Source: an archaeon
Lineage (GTDB): Archaea; EX4484-52; WAPT01
NCBI GenBank assembly: GCA_029258795.1
Contig: JAPDKB010000002.1
Coordinates: 172,192-236,191 of the forward strand
Reading direction: 5' to 3'
Length of the DNA stretch: 64,000 nt
A program made the translations under genes and the position numbers. This document shows positions 9,683 to 18,654 of the stretch, one piece after another. The notes under the pieces are model-generated. The model made no database searches. It had not been told where the DNA came from and was given only the letters and a program-made list of their open reading frames with translations. The stretch's first letter is position 1; each line of letters starts with the position of its first letter.

Positions 9683-10956
9683 AGCTCATCCACCTTAACC
9701 AGTTTTTCCTCCCCGCTTTCCATATCACGCACTTTAACTTTGCCTTCCTTAACCTCATCCGGCCCGACTATCACCACATATCTTGCACCTATTCTGTTCG
9801 CATGCTTCAGCTGCTTTGACAGGCTTCTGTCCATCAGCTCCATCTCGACAGCGTAGCCCTTACCTCTGAGCTTCGATGCTATGCTGGCACAGACATCCAT
9901 GAGCTGGGGAGTCACGAAAGCGATGAAGTAATCAGGACTGGTACTCACTTCAGGTAGCTTGCCCTCAGCTTTCAGCACCTCCATCAACCTTTCCACACCA
10001 CCGGCAAGCCCCACGGCAGGCATATCCTTACCATAAATTCCAACAAGCTCATCATACCTCCCGCCGCCAAAAATCGCGCTCCCCAGAGCTTTTCTGTTGG
10101 TTGCGTAAGCTTCAAACACTATTCCAGTATAATAATCGAGCCCTCTCACAATAGAAAGGTCGACCACGCAGTTTTCCAGCACGCGGAGAGCTTCCAGCGC
10201 ATCTCTCAGCTGCAAGAGTTCATCACATGCGGAATTGACATCCTTACTCTGCACTCTGCTCTTCACGGCTTCGACCACATCTTCGAACTCGCCTTTGAGG
10301 TCAAGAGCATCCAGCAGATCTTCAGCCTTCTCTCTCATTATTCCACGTCTTTCAAACTCATCCAGCAGCTCTTCCCGTTTCATTTTCTGTAACTTATCTA
10401 TGCACCGGAAAGCATCCAAAATTTTATCCCTCTCTATTCCGACAGCTTCCATCACCGCCTGCACAAGTTTCCTGCTACTCACCCTCACCTCAAAATCCAC
10501 ATCAAACGCTTTCAGCACATCACATCCTAGCGCTATGCATTCCGCATCCGCATAAACGCTTGCTGAGCCGAAAATTTCAGCATCCCACTGCCAGAATGCT
10601 CTGTAGCGTCCTTTTTGTGGAGCTTCATACCTGAACATGTCAGCAATGCAGAACCATCTTACGGGAGTGGGGTAAGCCGAGCCAGCAACCATTCTCGCCA
10701 TCCCAACGGTCAGATCAAACCTCAATCCGAGCTTCCTGCCGGCCTTGTCCTCAAAAGCGTAAATCTCTTTTTCTATCTCCTCTCCTGATTTGGCAGCCAG
10801 CGTTTCAAAGCTCTCTATTTTGGTGGGCTCCACCTCCTTAAACGAGTATCTTTTCATGATCTCTCTTATCGTGGAGAATATCGCCTGCCTCGCGGCCATC
10901 TCTTCCGGATAAATGTCCTTCATCCCTTTGGGTGGTTGAAACTTATCGGACGCCAT
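9679..10956 (-). CDS. hisS: Histidine--tRNA ligase
   Basis: PKGMKD, LRFDLTV, FRYEAPQKGRYR, RGLDYYTG and GGGRYD; C-terminal anticodon-binding domain. Confidence 0.97.
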   Translation of the reverse strand: MASDKFQPPKGMKDIYPEEMAARQAIFSTIREIMKRYSFKEVEPTKIESFETLAAKSGEEIEKEIYAFEDKAGRKLGLRFDLTVGMARMVAGSAYPTPVRWFCIADMFRYEAPQKGRYRAFWQWDAEIFGSASVYADAECIALGCDVLKAFDVDFEVRVSSRKLVQAVMEAVGIERDKILDAFRCIDKLQKMKREELLDEFERRGIMREKAEDLLDALDLKGEFEDVVEAVKSRVQSKDVNSACDELLQLRDALEALRVLENCVVDLSIVRGLDYYTGIVFEAYATNRKALGSAIFGGGRYDELVGIYGKDMPAVGLAGGVERLMEVLKAEGKLPEVSTSPDYFIAFVTPQLMDVCASIASKLRGKGYAVEMELMDRSLSKQLKHANRIGARYVVIVGPDEVKEGKVKVRDMESGEEKLVKVDEL

Positions 10957-10981
10957 GAAAGAGAATTAGCCATCAGAATTT

Positions 10982-11425
10982 TTAAATAAGTGATTTTGGG
11001 CCTTTTTCCTCCTTCATATTGCAGTAGATTTTGGTTTCGGGATAAATGTTCCTTATACTCGATATCAAAGATAGCGCTCTATAGGTGGCGTCGCTTCCTT
11101 CCTCATTAATCCTGATCACCAATTCTCCATCGTTACTGTAATAATCTCCTTTTAGGGAATATCTTTCGGGCTCAACCCCCAGAGAGGCAAGATAGTCCAT
11201 TGCCACTTTTTCAATTTCTTCCAAGGTTTTTTTAGGTCGAGACGCCCCACAGAAATGAATTTTTATCTCTCTACTGCCCTCAATTCTGTCAAACTCCTCA
11301 TTAACAACAACATGTTTCGGCTGACTTTTTACAATGTTCCTGTACAGTTGTTGGAAGGATGTTAGCATAACCATCCCTTCCAATTTTCTGGTGGGAATTT
11401 TTAATTTGTTGTGTTTATAGCTCAT
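10982..11425 (-). CDS. Hypothetical protein
   Basis: 147-aa ORF filling the gap between hisS and alaS; no recognisable motif. Confidence 0.55.
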   Translation of the reverse strand: MSYKHNKLKIPTRKLEGMVMLTSFQQLYRNIVKSQPKHVVVNEEFDRIEGSREIKIHFCGASRPKKTLEEIEKVAMDYLASLGVEPERYSLKGDYYSNDGELVIRINEEGSDATYRALSLISSIRNIYPETKIYCNMKEEKGPKSLI

Positions 11426-11489
11426 CCGTCAAGGAATACATAATCCCCATAACCAAAAATAAAAAGTTTCGCTCTCCAATTTTCTGAGC

Positions 11490-14192
11490 ATGGTCGTTGA
11501 TGAGAAAAAGATCAAGCAGGAGTTCAAGAAGAAAGCGCAGAAGACGCCTGAGAAATACTATCCTGCAGAATTCCTGAAAAGCGAGGGCTTTGTTAGAAAG
11601 CAGTGCAAGAAGTGCGGCACATTCTTCTGGAGTGTGGATGAAAGCAGAGAGATCTGTGATGATCCCAACTGCACCGGCTTCTATTCTTTTATAGGAAATA
11701 GTCCTTCTCCCGTGAAAATGGACTTCATAAAGGTCTGGAAAGAGTTTGCGAAGCTGTTTGAAAAGCTCGGCTACACACCCATAGCGAGATATCCGGTTGT
11801 TGCAAGGTGGAGGGATGACATGGATTTTGTGATAGCCAGCATAGCTGATTTCCAGCCGCATGTTGTGAGCGGTGAGGTTGAGCCTCCTGCAAATCCCCTT
11901 GTTGTTCCGCAGTTCTGTCTGCGCTTCACGGACATAGAAAACGTTGGTATAACGGGAAGGCATTACACGGGTTTCGTGATGATAGGGCAGCATGCCTTTG
12001 TGCCAGCAGAGCAATACGATCAGGAGAAGTATCTCGCGGACATATATGAATGGCTGAGAAGGGGTCTAAAGCTTCCGAAGGAGGAGATAGTTTTTCATGA
12101 GGATGCTTGGGCAGGCGGTGGAAACATGGGCCCGAGCATGGAGTTTTTCTCCCGCTCTCTGGAGATCGGGAATCAGGTCTACATGATGTTTGACATCAGA
12201 GATGGCACGATAAAGGAGCTGCCTATAAAAGTGCTCGACATGGGGATGGGGCAGGAAAGGTGTGCGTGGCTAACAACTGCTTCCGCCACCAGCTATGAGG
12301 CCAATATGCCGAAGGTGGTTGAGCTTCTTTACAGGCTTACCGGAGTTAAGCCGGAGCATGAAATTATCGAAAAATTCCTGCCTTATTCGGGCGTGCTGAA
12401 CGTGGATGAGTTGGAGGATGTTGAGAAAGCATGGCAGAGTGTAGCGAAAAAGATGGGCGTGGATGTTCAGCAGCTTAAAAGGGCAATTCTCCCTGCTGCA
12501 GCCATATATGCCATAGCAGACCACACAAGAAGCCTGCTCTTCGCTATAGGAGACGGTGCCCTGCCGTCCAACGTTGGTGGCGGCTACAATTTGCGTGTAA
12601 TTCTGCGCAGGGTTTTTGATTTGATGGACGAATACGGCTGGAGTTTTGATCTGGCAAAGGTGCTGGAAACTCATGCCTCCTACATGAAATCCCAGTACCC
12701 CGAGCTGATGGATGTGGTGGAGCACGTTGCCACGGTTTTTGAGGTTGAACGTAAAAAATACGATGCCACCAGAAAGATGGTGAAGAAAATAGTGGCGAAG
12801 CTGAAAGAAGAGAAGCTGGACGAAGAAAAACTCGTGGAGCTCTATGACAGCAAGGGCATCTCTCCGGAAATGCTGGTAAAAGAAGGTATCATAGAGAAGG
12901 TACCGAAGGACTTCTACACAAAGCTGGCTGAAAGGCATGAGAGGGCAAGAAGGAAAGAGCTTGAAAAGAAGGAGAAGGAAGTAAAGCTCGAGCTTAAAGG
13001 CGTGCCGCCAACTCAGATTCTTTACTATGATGATTACAGGCTTGTGGAATTTGAGGCTAAAGTTGTCAGGGTAGATGGAAACTTTGTGGTGCTGGACAGG
13101 ACCGCTTTTTACCCGACGAGCGGAGGTCAGCTTCACGATGTTGGGTGGCTTGATGGAGTGGAGGTTGTGAACGTATTCAAGGAGGGTAATCTAGTGGTGC
13201 ATGAGGTTAAAGATGGAGGCAAATTCAGGGAAGGGATGAAGGTCAGGGGCAAGATAGATGTGGAGCGAAGAGTGCGGCTTGCACAGCTGCATACCGCTAC
13301 ACACATAATAGGTGGCGCGTGCAGAAAGGTTGTAGGAAAGCATGTGTGGCAGGCAGGAGCGGAGAAAAGGCCGGAAAAGGCGAGGCTTGATATAACCCAT
13401 TACGAATCGCTGGATGAGAAAATGATAAGAAAGATTGAGGAGGAGGCGAACAGAATCGTGATGCTCAACATTCCGGTAGAGAGCTTGATGATAGAAAGGA
13501 ATGAAGCGGAAAAGAAATTCGGATTTGTGATCTATCAGGGCGGGGCCGTGCCGGGGAAGATACTCAGGATAGTCAAGATAGATGATTTCGATGTGCAGGC
13601 GTGCGGAGGAACGCACGTAAAAAGCACGGGTGAGGTTGGACCCATAAAGGTGGTGGGCACAACCAAAATTCAGGATGGTGTTGTCAGACTTGAGTTTGTA
13701 GCTGGTTTAAGTCTGCTTGACTACGTGAAGGAAATGGAATCGTATTTAAAGGAAAGTTGTTCGGTGCTTGAGGTAGCACCACAGCATCTTGCAAAAACCG
13801 TCAGAAGATTCTTTGAAGAGTGGAAGAAGCAGAAAAAGGAGATAGAAGTGCTGAGAAGCAAGCTTGATGAGGTGCTTGTGAGCAAAGCGAAACTGGAGAG
13901 AAAGGAGTTTGATGGTGTTACATGCATGTTCTCCAAGCTGGAGGACATGGAGCTGAAGGACGTGCTCAAATATGCTAGTGAGAAGGCAAAGGATGCTGAC
14001 GTTCCAATCTTGGTTGTCAGCGTGAAGGGTAAAGGTGCGCAGCTCGTAATCGCTTACAACAAGAACACATATGATAAAGCTAATGTGCTGAAAGAATGGG
14101 TGGAAAAGGAGCTACAGGTAAAGATGCGTGAGGGCAAGGATGTATTCGTGGGCGGGTGCGCTGCAGAGAAACTCAAGAGTAAGCTACTGTGA
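11490..14192 (+). CDS. alaS: Alanine--tRNA ligase (archaeal type)
   Basis: N-terminal CKKC...CDDPNC Zn ribbon, YPVVARWRDD, FYPTSGGQ, editing-site HTATH and CGGTH. Confidence 0.97.
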   Translation: MVVDEKKIKQEFKKKAQKTPEKYYPAEFLKSEGFVRKQCKKCGTFFWSVDESREICDDPNCTGFYSFIGNSPSPVKMDFIKVWKEFAKLFEKLGYTPIARYPVVARWRDDMDFVIASIADFQPHVVSGEVEPPANPLVVPQFCLRFTDIENVGITGRHYTGFVMIGQHAFVPAEQYDQEKYLADIYEWLRRGLKLPKEEIVFHEDAWAGGGNMGPSMEFFSRSLEIGNQVYMMFDIRDGTIKELPIKVLDMGMGQERCAWLTTASATSYEANMPKVVELLYRLTGVKPEHEIIEKFLPYSGVLNVDELEDVEKAWQSVAKKMGVDVQQLKRAILPAAAIYAIADHTRSLLFAIGDGALPSNVGGGYNLRVILRRVFDLMDEYGWSFDLAKVLETHASYMKSQYPELMDVVEHVATVFEVERKKYDATRKMVKKIVAKLKEEKLDEEKLVELYDSKGISPEMLVKEGIIEKVPKDFYTKLAERHERARRKELEKKEKEVKLELKGVPPTQILYYDDYRLVEFEAKVVRVDGNFVVLDRTAFYPTSGGQLHDVGWLDGVEVVNVFKEGNLVVHEVKDGGKFREGMKVRGKIDVERRVRLAQLHTATHIIGGACRKVVGKHVWQAGAEKRPEKARLDITHYESLDEKMIRKIEEEANRIVMLNIPVESLMIERNEAEKKFGFVIYQGGAVPGKILRIVKIDDFDVQACGGTHVKSTGEVGPIKVVGTTKIQDGVVRLEFVAGLSLLDYVKEMESYLKESCSVLEVAPQHLAKTVRRFFEEWKKQKKEIEVLRSKLDEVLVSKAKLERKEFDGVTCMFSKLEDMELKDVLKYASEKAKDADVPILVVSVKGKGAQLVIAYNKNTYDKANVLKEWVEKELQVKMREGKDVFVGGCAAEKLKSKLL

Positions 14193-14255
14193 TTCCCCTT
14201 TTATCGGCAACCCAGACACACAATCTTTATCTGCTTTTTCACCCTTACATTCTTC

Positions 14256-14804
14256 ATGATGCTCTTCTTTCGCGTTTCTGAAGTGGGAAAATGCATGAGG
14301 TTCCTCTACTTTACCAGAGTGCTCGGGAGGCTTGAGGACATCTCCTCCAAGCCAGAAGTCGTGGAAGGCAAAACCCTACATGAGAACTTCCAGAACGAGT
14401 GGATCGAGCAGGTTGACAGCGAAGCTAAACAGGAAGAGGAAGCGATGTTCCTACATGACAAGTTCGTGGTGAGGGGTAAAGCTGACATAGTGAGCGGAGA
14501 TAAGGTCATAGAGATAAAGACCACAAATAAGCTGCCACCCAGACCATATGAGACCCATGTAAGGCAGCTTAATTTTTACCTCGGGCTTTTCAAGCTGGAG
14601 CACGGCTTACTGATTTACCTCCTGCGGAACGGAAACGGCAGGAGAGAGTTTGAGGTGGGCTTTGACGAAGGAATGTTTCTCAACGACCTCAGACGGTTCG
14701 AGAAACTTTACGAATGCCTCACTAGCTTCATAGTTCCGGAAAAGGAGCCATCGCCGCTCTGCAACTTCTGCGAGTACAGGTTCTTGTGTGATAGAATGAA
14801 ATAA
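14256..14804 (+). CDS. Stand-alone Cas4-like PD-(D/E)xK nuclease
   Basis: N-terminal Cys (GKCMR), G..LH, GKADIV...IEIKT, QLNFY and C-terminal CNFCEYRFLC (4-Cys Fe-S staple); no CRISPR array or other cas genes in the window. Confidence 0.82.
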   Translation: MMLFFRVSEVGKCMRFLYFTRVLGRLEDISSKPEVVEGKTLHENFQNEWIEQVDSEAKQEEEAMFLHDKFVVRGKADIVSGDKVIEIKTTNKLPPRPYETHVRQLNFYLGLFKLEHGLLIYLLRNGNGRREFEVGFDEGMFLNDLRRFEKLYECLTSFIVPEKEPSPLCNFCEYRFLCDRMK

Positions 14805-14842
14805 TGGTTTGATTCTTAAAATTATGGAATAAACATGTTTGC

Positions 14843-15730
14843 ATGCATGAAAATTACGGATTTACATGCGCATACGACTTGTTAAGGGGAGGATATGATC
14901 CTCAAAGAAAAAATGAACTGGTAGCGGAACTGTATCGCGCTGAGAGTTCTTTTCTAAAAGATTTGGTGGATGAGTGGATCGCAGAGAAGGTTGTTGAGAG
15001 CAGGGAAAAGCTCGAAAAGGAAATCAATGAAATTTATGATGGTGTATGCACATCCTTACCGCCTGTGCTCACAACAAAAACTCACTGCAATGTTGTGCCC
15101 TACAGAATAGACATAAAACACAAGGGCGGTGTGCCTTGCCTATCACTTAGATTGGTTTCATGGTTTAAGGGGGATGAGGTGTATATTCAGCCAGCGGGGC
15201 TGTACGAGTTGGAGGTGTGTGGTGAGTTTCCACAGGAATTGGAAAATTATGAAATTGTGCTTCATTCCGAGGGTAGCATGATATCTCCATCAGCTTCGGT
15301 TTGCATTCCTCATAAAGATCTGGCGGAAAATGATAGAAAGCTTGTGGAAAATTTTGTGCAGCTTGTTCTGAGCTATTTTGGTCATGTTTATGAGGCAGAA
15401 AGAAAAATGGAAAGCTTGGAAAAGGATTTGGAGCTAATGGAGAAAGAACTTAACAAACTTTATGCTGATCCTGTGCTTTTTTATTCTCGAACGGATAACA
15501 GACCTGTGGGAATCCTCATTCCTCCCCATTTTACACACATAGTGGTTGGTGAGGATGTTCTTCCTACTTCCAACGGAAAAATTGCTGTTGAGGTTGATGG
15601 AAAGAGGCTTCAGAGAGCTTTACTGCTTTTAAGGGCGGAGGCCTTTGATAGAGCGGTGGTGCAGGAGGACTGGAGATGGGAGCCGTGGTACTGGTATGCT
15701 GAGGTGAAGGAAGGTACAGTTTTTCGCTGA
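14843..15730 (+). CDS. Hypothetical protein
   Basis: 295-aa ORF with coiled-coil-like segments; no recognisable family. Confidence 0.65.
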   Translation: MHENYGFTCAYDLLRGGYDPQRKNELVAELYRAESSFLKDLVDEWIAEKVVESREKLEKEINEIYDGVCTSLPPVLTTKTHCNVVPYRIDIKHKGGVPCLSLRLVSWFKGDEVYIQPAGLYELEVCGEFPQELENYEIVLHSEGSMISPSASVCIPHKDLAENDRKLVENFVQLVLSYFGHVYEAERKMESLEKDLELMEKELNKLYADPVLFYSRTDNRPVGILIPPHFTHIVVGEDVLPTSNGKIAVEVDGKRLQRALLLLRAEAFDRAVVQEDWRWEPWYWYAEVKEGTVFR

Positions 15731-15786
15731 ATTAAAGAGCTGAGCAGTGGAAATAATAAATAGTAGTTTGCCAACATTACTTTTTC

Positions 15787-17190
15787 ATGAGGAAGGATGA
15801 AATGAGGAAAGTGCTTGCTCAAGCATTGAACCTTGTTAAACCGTCTGTCGAGGAAAAAAAGAAGGTGATGAAGCTTTTCGAGAAGATAAAAGAGTTTATA
15901 GAGCAGAATTACGGGCTGGAAGCTAGGTTAATGGGTTCTGTGGCCAAGGACACGTTTTTGAGGGGAGCAAGAGACCTGGACATCTTCGTGCTATTTCCGG
16001 TTGATGTGAGCAGGGAGGAGCTGGAGAAGAAGGGGCTTGAAATTGGAAGAGCGGTTTTCGAGCATTTTGGAGGAAAGGATGTCGTTGTTGCCTATGCCGA
16101 ACATCCGTACACGAGAGGTGTGATCGATGGTTTTGAGGTTGAAATCGTGCCAGCTTACAAGATAAAGGATGCGTCTCAGCTTAAGAGCGCGGTTGACAGG
16201 ACTCCATTTCACACGGATTACGTGCTCAAAAATTTAAGGAATCATGATGATGTCAGGCTGTTGAAAGCATTTTTGAAAGCGATAGGAGCGTACGGTTCTG
16301 ATCTCAAGACTGCTGGCTTTTCCGGCTACTTGTGTGAGGTGCTCATAATCCATTGCGGAGATTTTATTTCCCTGCTGGAAGCGTGTCAGAGATGGGGATG
16401 GCAGGAGATTATAGATCCCGCAGGCCATTACAGCAGGAAGGATTACTCCAAGCTCAGAAGGATGTTCAAAGGACAGCCGCTGATAGTTGTGGATCCCGTC
16501 GATCCCAAGAGAAACGTGGCTGCTGCGCTTTCTGCTGAGAAGCTCGCTTTATTCATTTACGCTGCCAGGAAGTTCATGGAAAAGCCATCCATTAAATTCT
16601 TCCAGCCCATCAAGATCAGAGTGAACAAGAAAGCGGAGCTGGAAAAGCTGAAAAAGGAGGGCAGGAAAGTTTACGCTCTTGTGTTGGAAAGGCCTGCCGG
16701 AGTGATGGACGACACTCTTTACCCGCAGTTGAAAAAACTCGCTGACAACATCAAAGCTTTTCTCGAGCACAACGAGTTTGTGGTGGAGGATACATGGATT
16801 TTCGGGGATGAGGAGGTCGGAGTTGGGTTTGAAGTGGTTGATGACAGGCTTCCATTGACGAGGATAATGAAGGGCCCGCGCATTTTCGATGATGTGAAGC
16901 ATCAGGAAAGGTTTGTGAGCAAGCACAAAGTTGTGTGGATCGGAGAGGGCGGGAGATTTTATGCGAGGGAAAAAAGGAAGTACAGAAACGTGAGGGAGCT
17001 CATCTCCTACCATCTCTCAGGCAGTTTTGAGGAGATAAGGCAGAAGGGTGTACCCAAACACATAGCGAGAAGCGTGACAGAGCATGGCTATCTCTTGTTC
17101 AAGAACGAGGAATTAAGAGAGGTGAAAAGCAGAGAGTTCTGGGAGGGGCTTGTCAAATTCAACCTGCGAAAGCTGGAAAGATTAGAGTAA
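15787..17190 (+). CDS. cca: CCA-adding enzyme (class I, archaeal)
   Basis: GSVAKDTFL...DLDIF, YAEHPY, SAVDRTPFH, GFSGYLCE and DPVDPKRNVAAA. Confidence 0.96.
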   Translation: MRKDEMRKVLAQALNLVKPSVEEKKKVMKLFEKIKEFIEQNYGLEARLMGSVAKDTFLRGARDLDIFVLFPVDVSREELEKKGLEIGRAVFEHFGGKDVVVAYAEHPYTRGVIDGFEVEIVPAYKIKDASQLKSAVDRTPFHTDYVLKNLRNHDDVRLLKAFLKAIGAYGSDLKTAGFSGYLCEVLIIHCGDFISLLEACQRWGWQEIIDPAGHYSRKDYSKLRRMFKGQPLIVVDPVDPKRNVAAALSAEKLALFIYAARKFMEKPSIKFFQPIKIRVNKKAELEKLKKEGRKVYALVLERPAGVMDDTLYPQLKKLADNIKAFLEHNEFVVEDTWIFGDEEVGVGFEVVDDRLPLTRIMKGPRIFDDVKHQERFVSKHKVVWIGEGGRFYAREKRKYRNVRELISYHLSGSFEEIRQKGVPKHIARSVTEHGYLLFKNEELREVKSREFWEGLVKFNLRKLERLE

Positions 17191-18300
17191 AAGGGTGCAG
17201 GTCTCAGCCACCATGGCAAACAGTATCACCGCCATGCACAGCGCGTAGAGAATCTTCTCCATAACTTTCAGCTTTTCAACCCTCATAAGTGTGAACAGAA
17301 TGAACCCTATGGGTATTAGCACGCCGTAACAGGCGGCTATAGCAAGCAGCTGCGTAAAGCTGAAATTTCCCAGCCCCATAAACACGCTGACGAGAAGGAG
17401 CAGAATGGCTGACTCTCTCCTGAGCTTCAGATCACTTTCCATCATATCACACGCGGCAAGCGTTACCGCAATGGCTGATGTTGCTACTGCAAAAAACGCG
17501 AAGCTCACTCCAAGCACCTGCAGAACACCGCTGCTGAAGGATGTTGGTGCAATTTCATTGACTTCAGGCATCGAAGCCACAACAGCAAGCGAGAAGAGCA
17601 GGTAAATCAGAGCGGGAATTCCGAAGCCAAGCACAATAACGCTCCTGAAGTTCCTTTCAAGGTGCTCGTGCCTCAGCAGTTTGTACGCTTCGGGAATCAC
17701 CATGTGGGCATCCATCGCAAATAGTATGACCAGAAATGAAGTGAGTAGATTTCTCATTTCATTATCCGCGCTCCAGAAAAGCGGTACCTTTTCAACATTC
17801 CCGTTGGGAAGCAAAAGAACGATGAGAAGAAGGATAACTGTGACCATCATGAACGTTATGACGGATTCCAGCCTGCCGGTGCTTTTCAATCCCGTGATTA
17901 CGGGAAAAGTGCAGAGCAGAAATAACACCACAACTCCGTAGATGTTGCTCAACCCTACATGAGCAAAGAGCGAGCTGTAAGCGGTGAAATATGCCCCGAG
18001 CGTCGGCACAAAGAAAAGAAGAAGCGAAAGCACGACCACCCTCTTGCCTGTTTTTCCAAACCCGAGCTCCACCAGCTCTCCCAGATAAACCCGATCCACA
18101 TTTTTGAAATGCTGCATCAGCCTTTTGGTGGCGAGGGATGTAAGATAATATATCCAGAACGCGATGACTGCAAGCAGAATATAAGGCACAAGTCCGCTCT
18201 CCTTCAGGCGGGAGGGCAAACCCAAGATGCCAGCACCTATTACCGCTCCCACAAGAATTGATACGCTCTCCACATATGCTTCGCGTTTCCACAGAATCAT
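17182..18300 (-). CDS. Aromatic amino acid permease family transporter
   Basis: LVGAVIGAGILGLP N-terminal motif; about 11 TM helices. Confidence 0.82.
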   Translation of the reverse strand: MILWKREAYVESVSILVGAVIGAGILGLPSRLKESGLVPYILLAVIAFWIYYLTSLATKRLMQHFKNVDRVYLGELVELGFGKTGKRVVVLSLLLFFVPTLGAYFTAYSSLFAHVGLSNIYGVVVLFLLCTFPVITGLKSTGRLESVITFMMVTVILLLIVLLLPNGNVEKVPLFWSADNEMRNLLTSFLVILFAMDAHMVIPEAYKLLRHEHLERNFRSVIVLGFGIPALIYLLFSLAVVASMPEVNEIAPTSFSSGVLQVLGVSFAFFAVATSAIAVTLAACDMMESDLKLRRESAILLLLVSVFMGLGNFSFTQLLAIAACYGVLIPIGFILFTLMRVEKLKVMEKILYALCMAVILFAMVAETCTLLL

Positions 18301-18363
18301 GATTTTATGGTTGACCCTTCAAAACTATTTTAAGATTTCGGTGGTATAATATAGCTACACCAC

Positions 18364-18490
18364 GCGGGGGTCGCCTAGCCTGGTTTGGCGTGGGACTGCA
18401 GATCCCATTTACCCGGGTTCGAATGCTGCGGAAGCAAAACTTCCTTGCATTTCCAGCTGTCCGCAGCTGAAAATCCCGGCCCCCGCTCCA
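18364..18490 (+). tRNA. tRNA-Cys (GCA) with a 50-nt T-loop intron at 59/60 (18424-18473); CCA encoded
   Basis: Acceptor GCGGGGG/CCCCCGC with U73 discriminator; anticodon arm TGGGA-CTGCAGA-TCCCA; T-stem CCGGG/CCCGG. Full BHB: TTCG/TGAA helix, AAT/AAT bulges, GCTGCGGA/TCCGCAGC outer helix. Confidence 0.94.
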
Positions 18491-18543
18491 GAAAGATTTT
18501 TCTTTTGGCTCTAATACCCAAAAATGAAGAAAAAGAGGAGGTG

Positions 18544-18636
18544 TTACTTCCTCTTCTTGTGTCTCATTTTCTTCCTTCTTTTCTTCAGTTTGTGTTTCCT
18601 TATTTTTGCACGCTTCCTTTTCTTTCCCGATGGCAT
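18544..18636 (-). CDS. 30-aa highly basic protein resembling ribosomal protein bS22/mS38 (AURKAIP1/COX24-like); missed by the ORF track
   Basis: Manual translation gives MPSGKKRKRAKIRKHKLKKRRKKMRHKKRK*; RBS-like GGGTG upstream; lies directly downstream of 18655-19407. Confidence 0.75.
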   Translation of the reverse strand: MPSGKKRKRAKIRKHKLKKRRKKMRHKKRK

Positions 18637-18654
18637 TCCATGCACCCTGAAATC

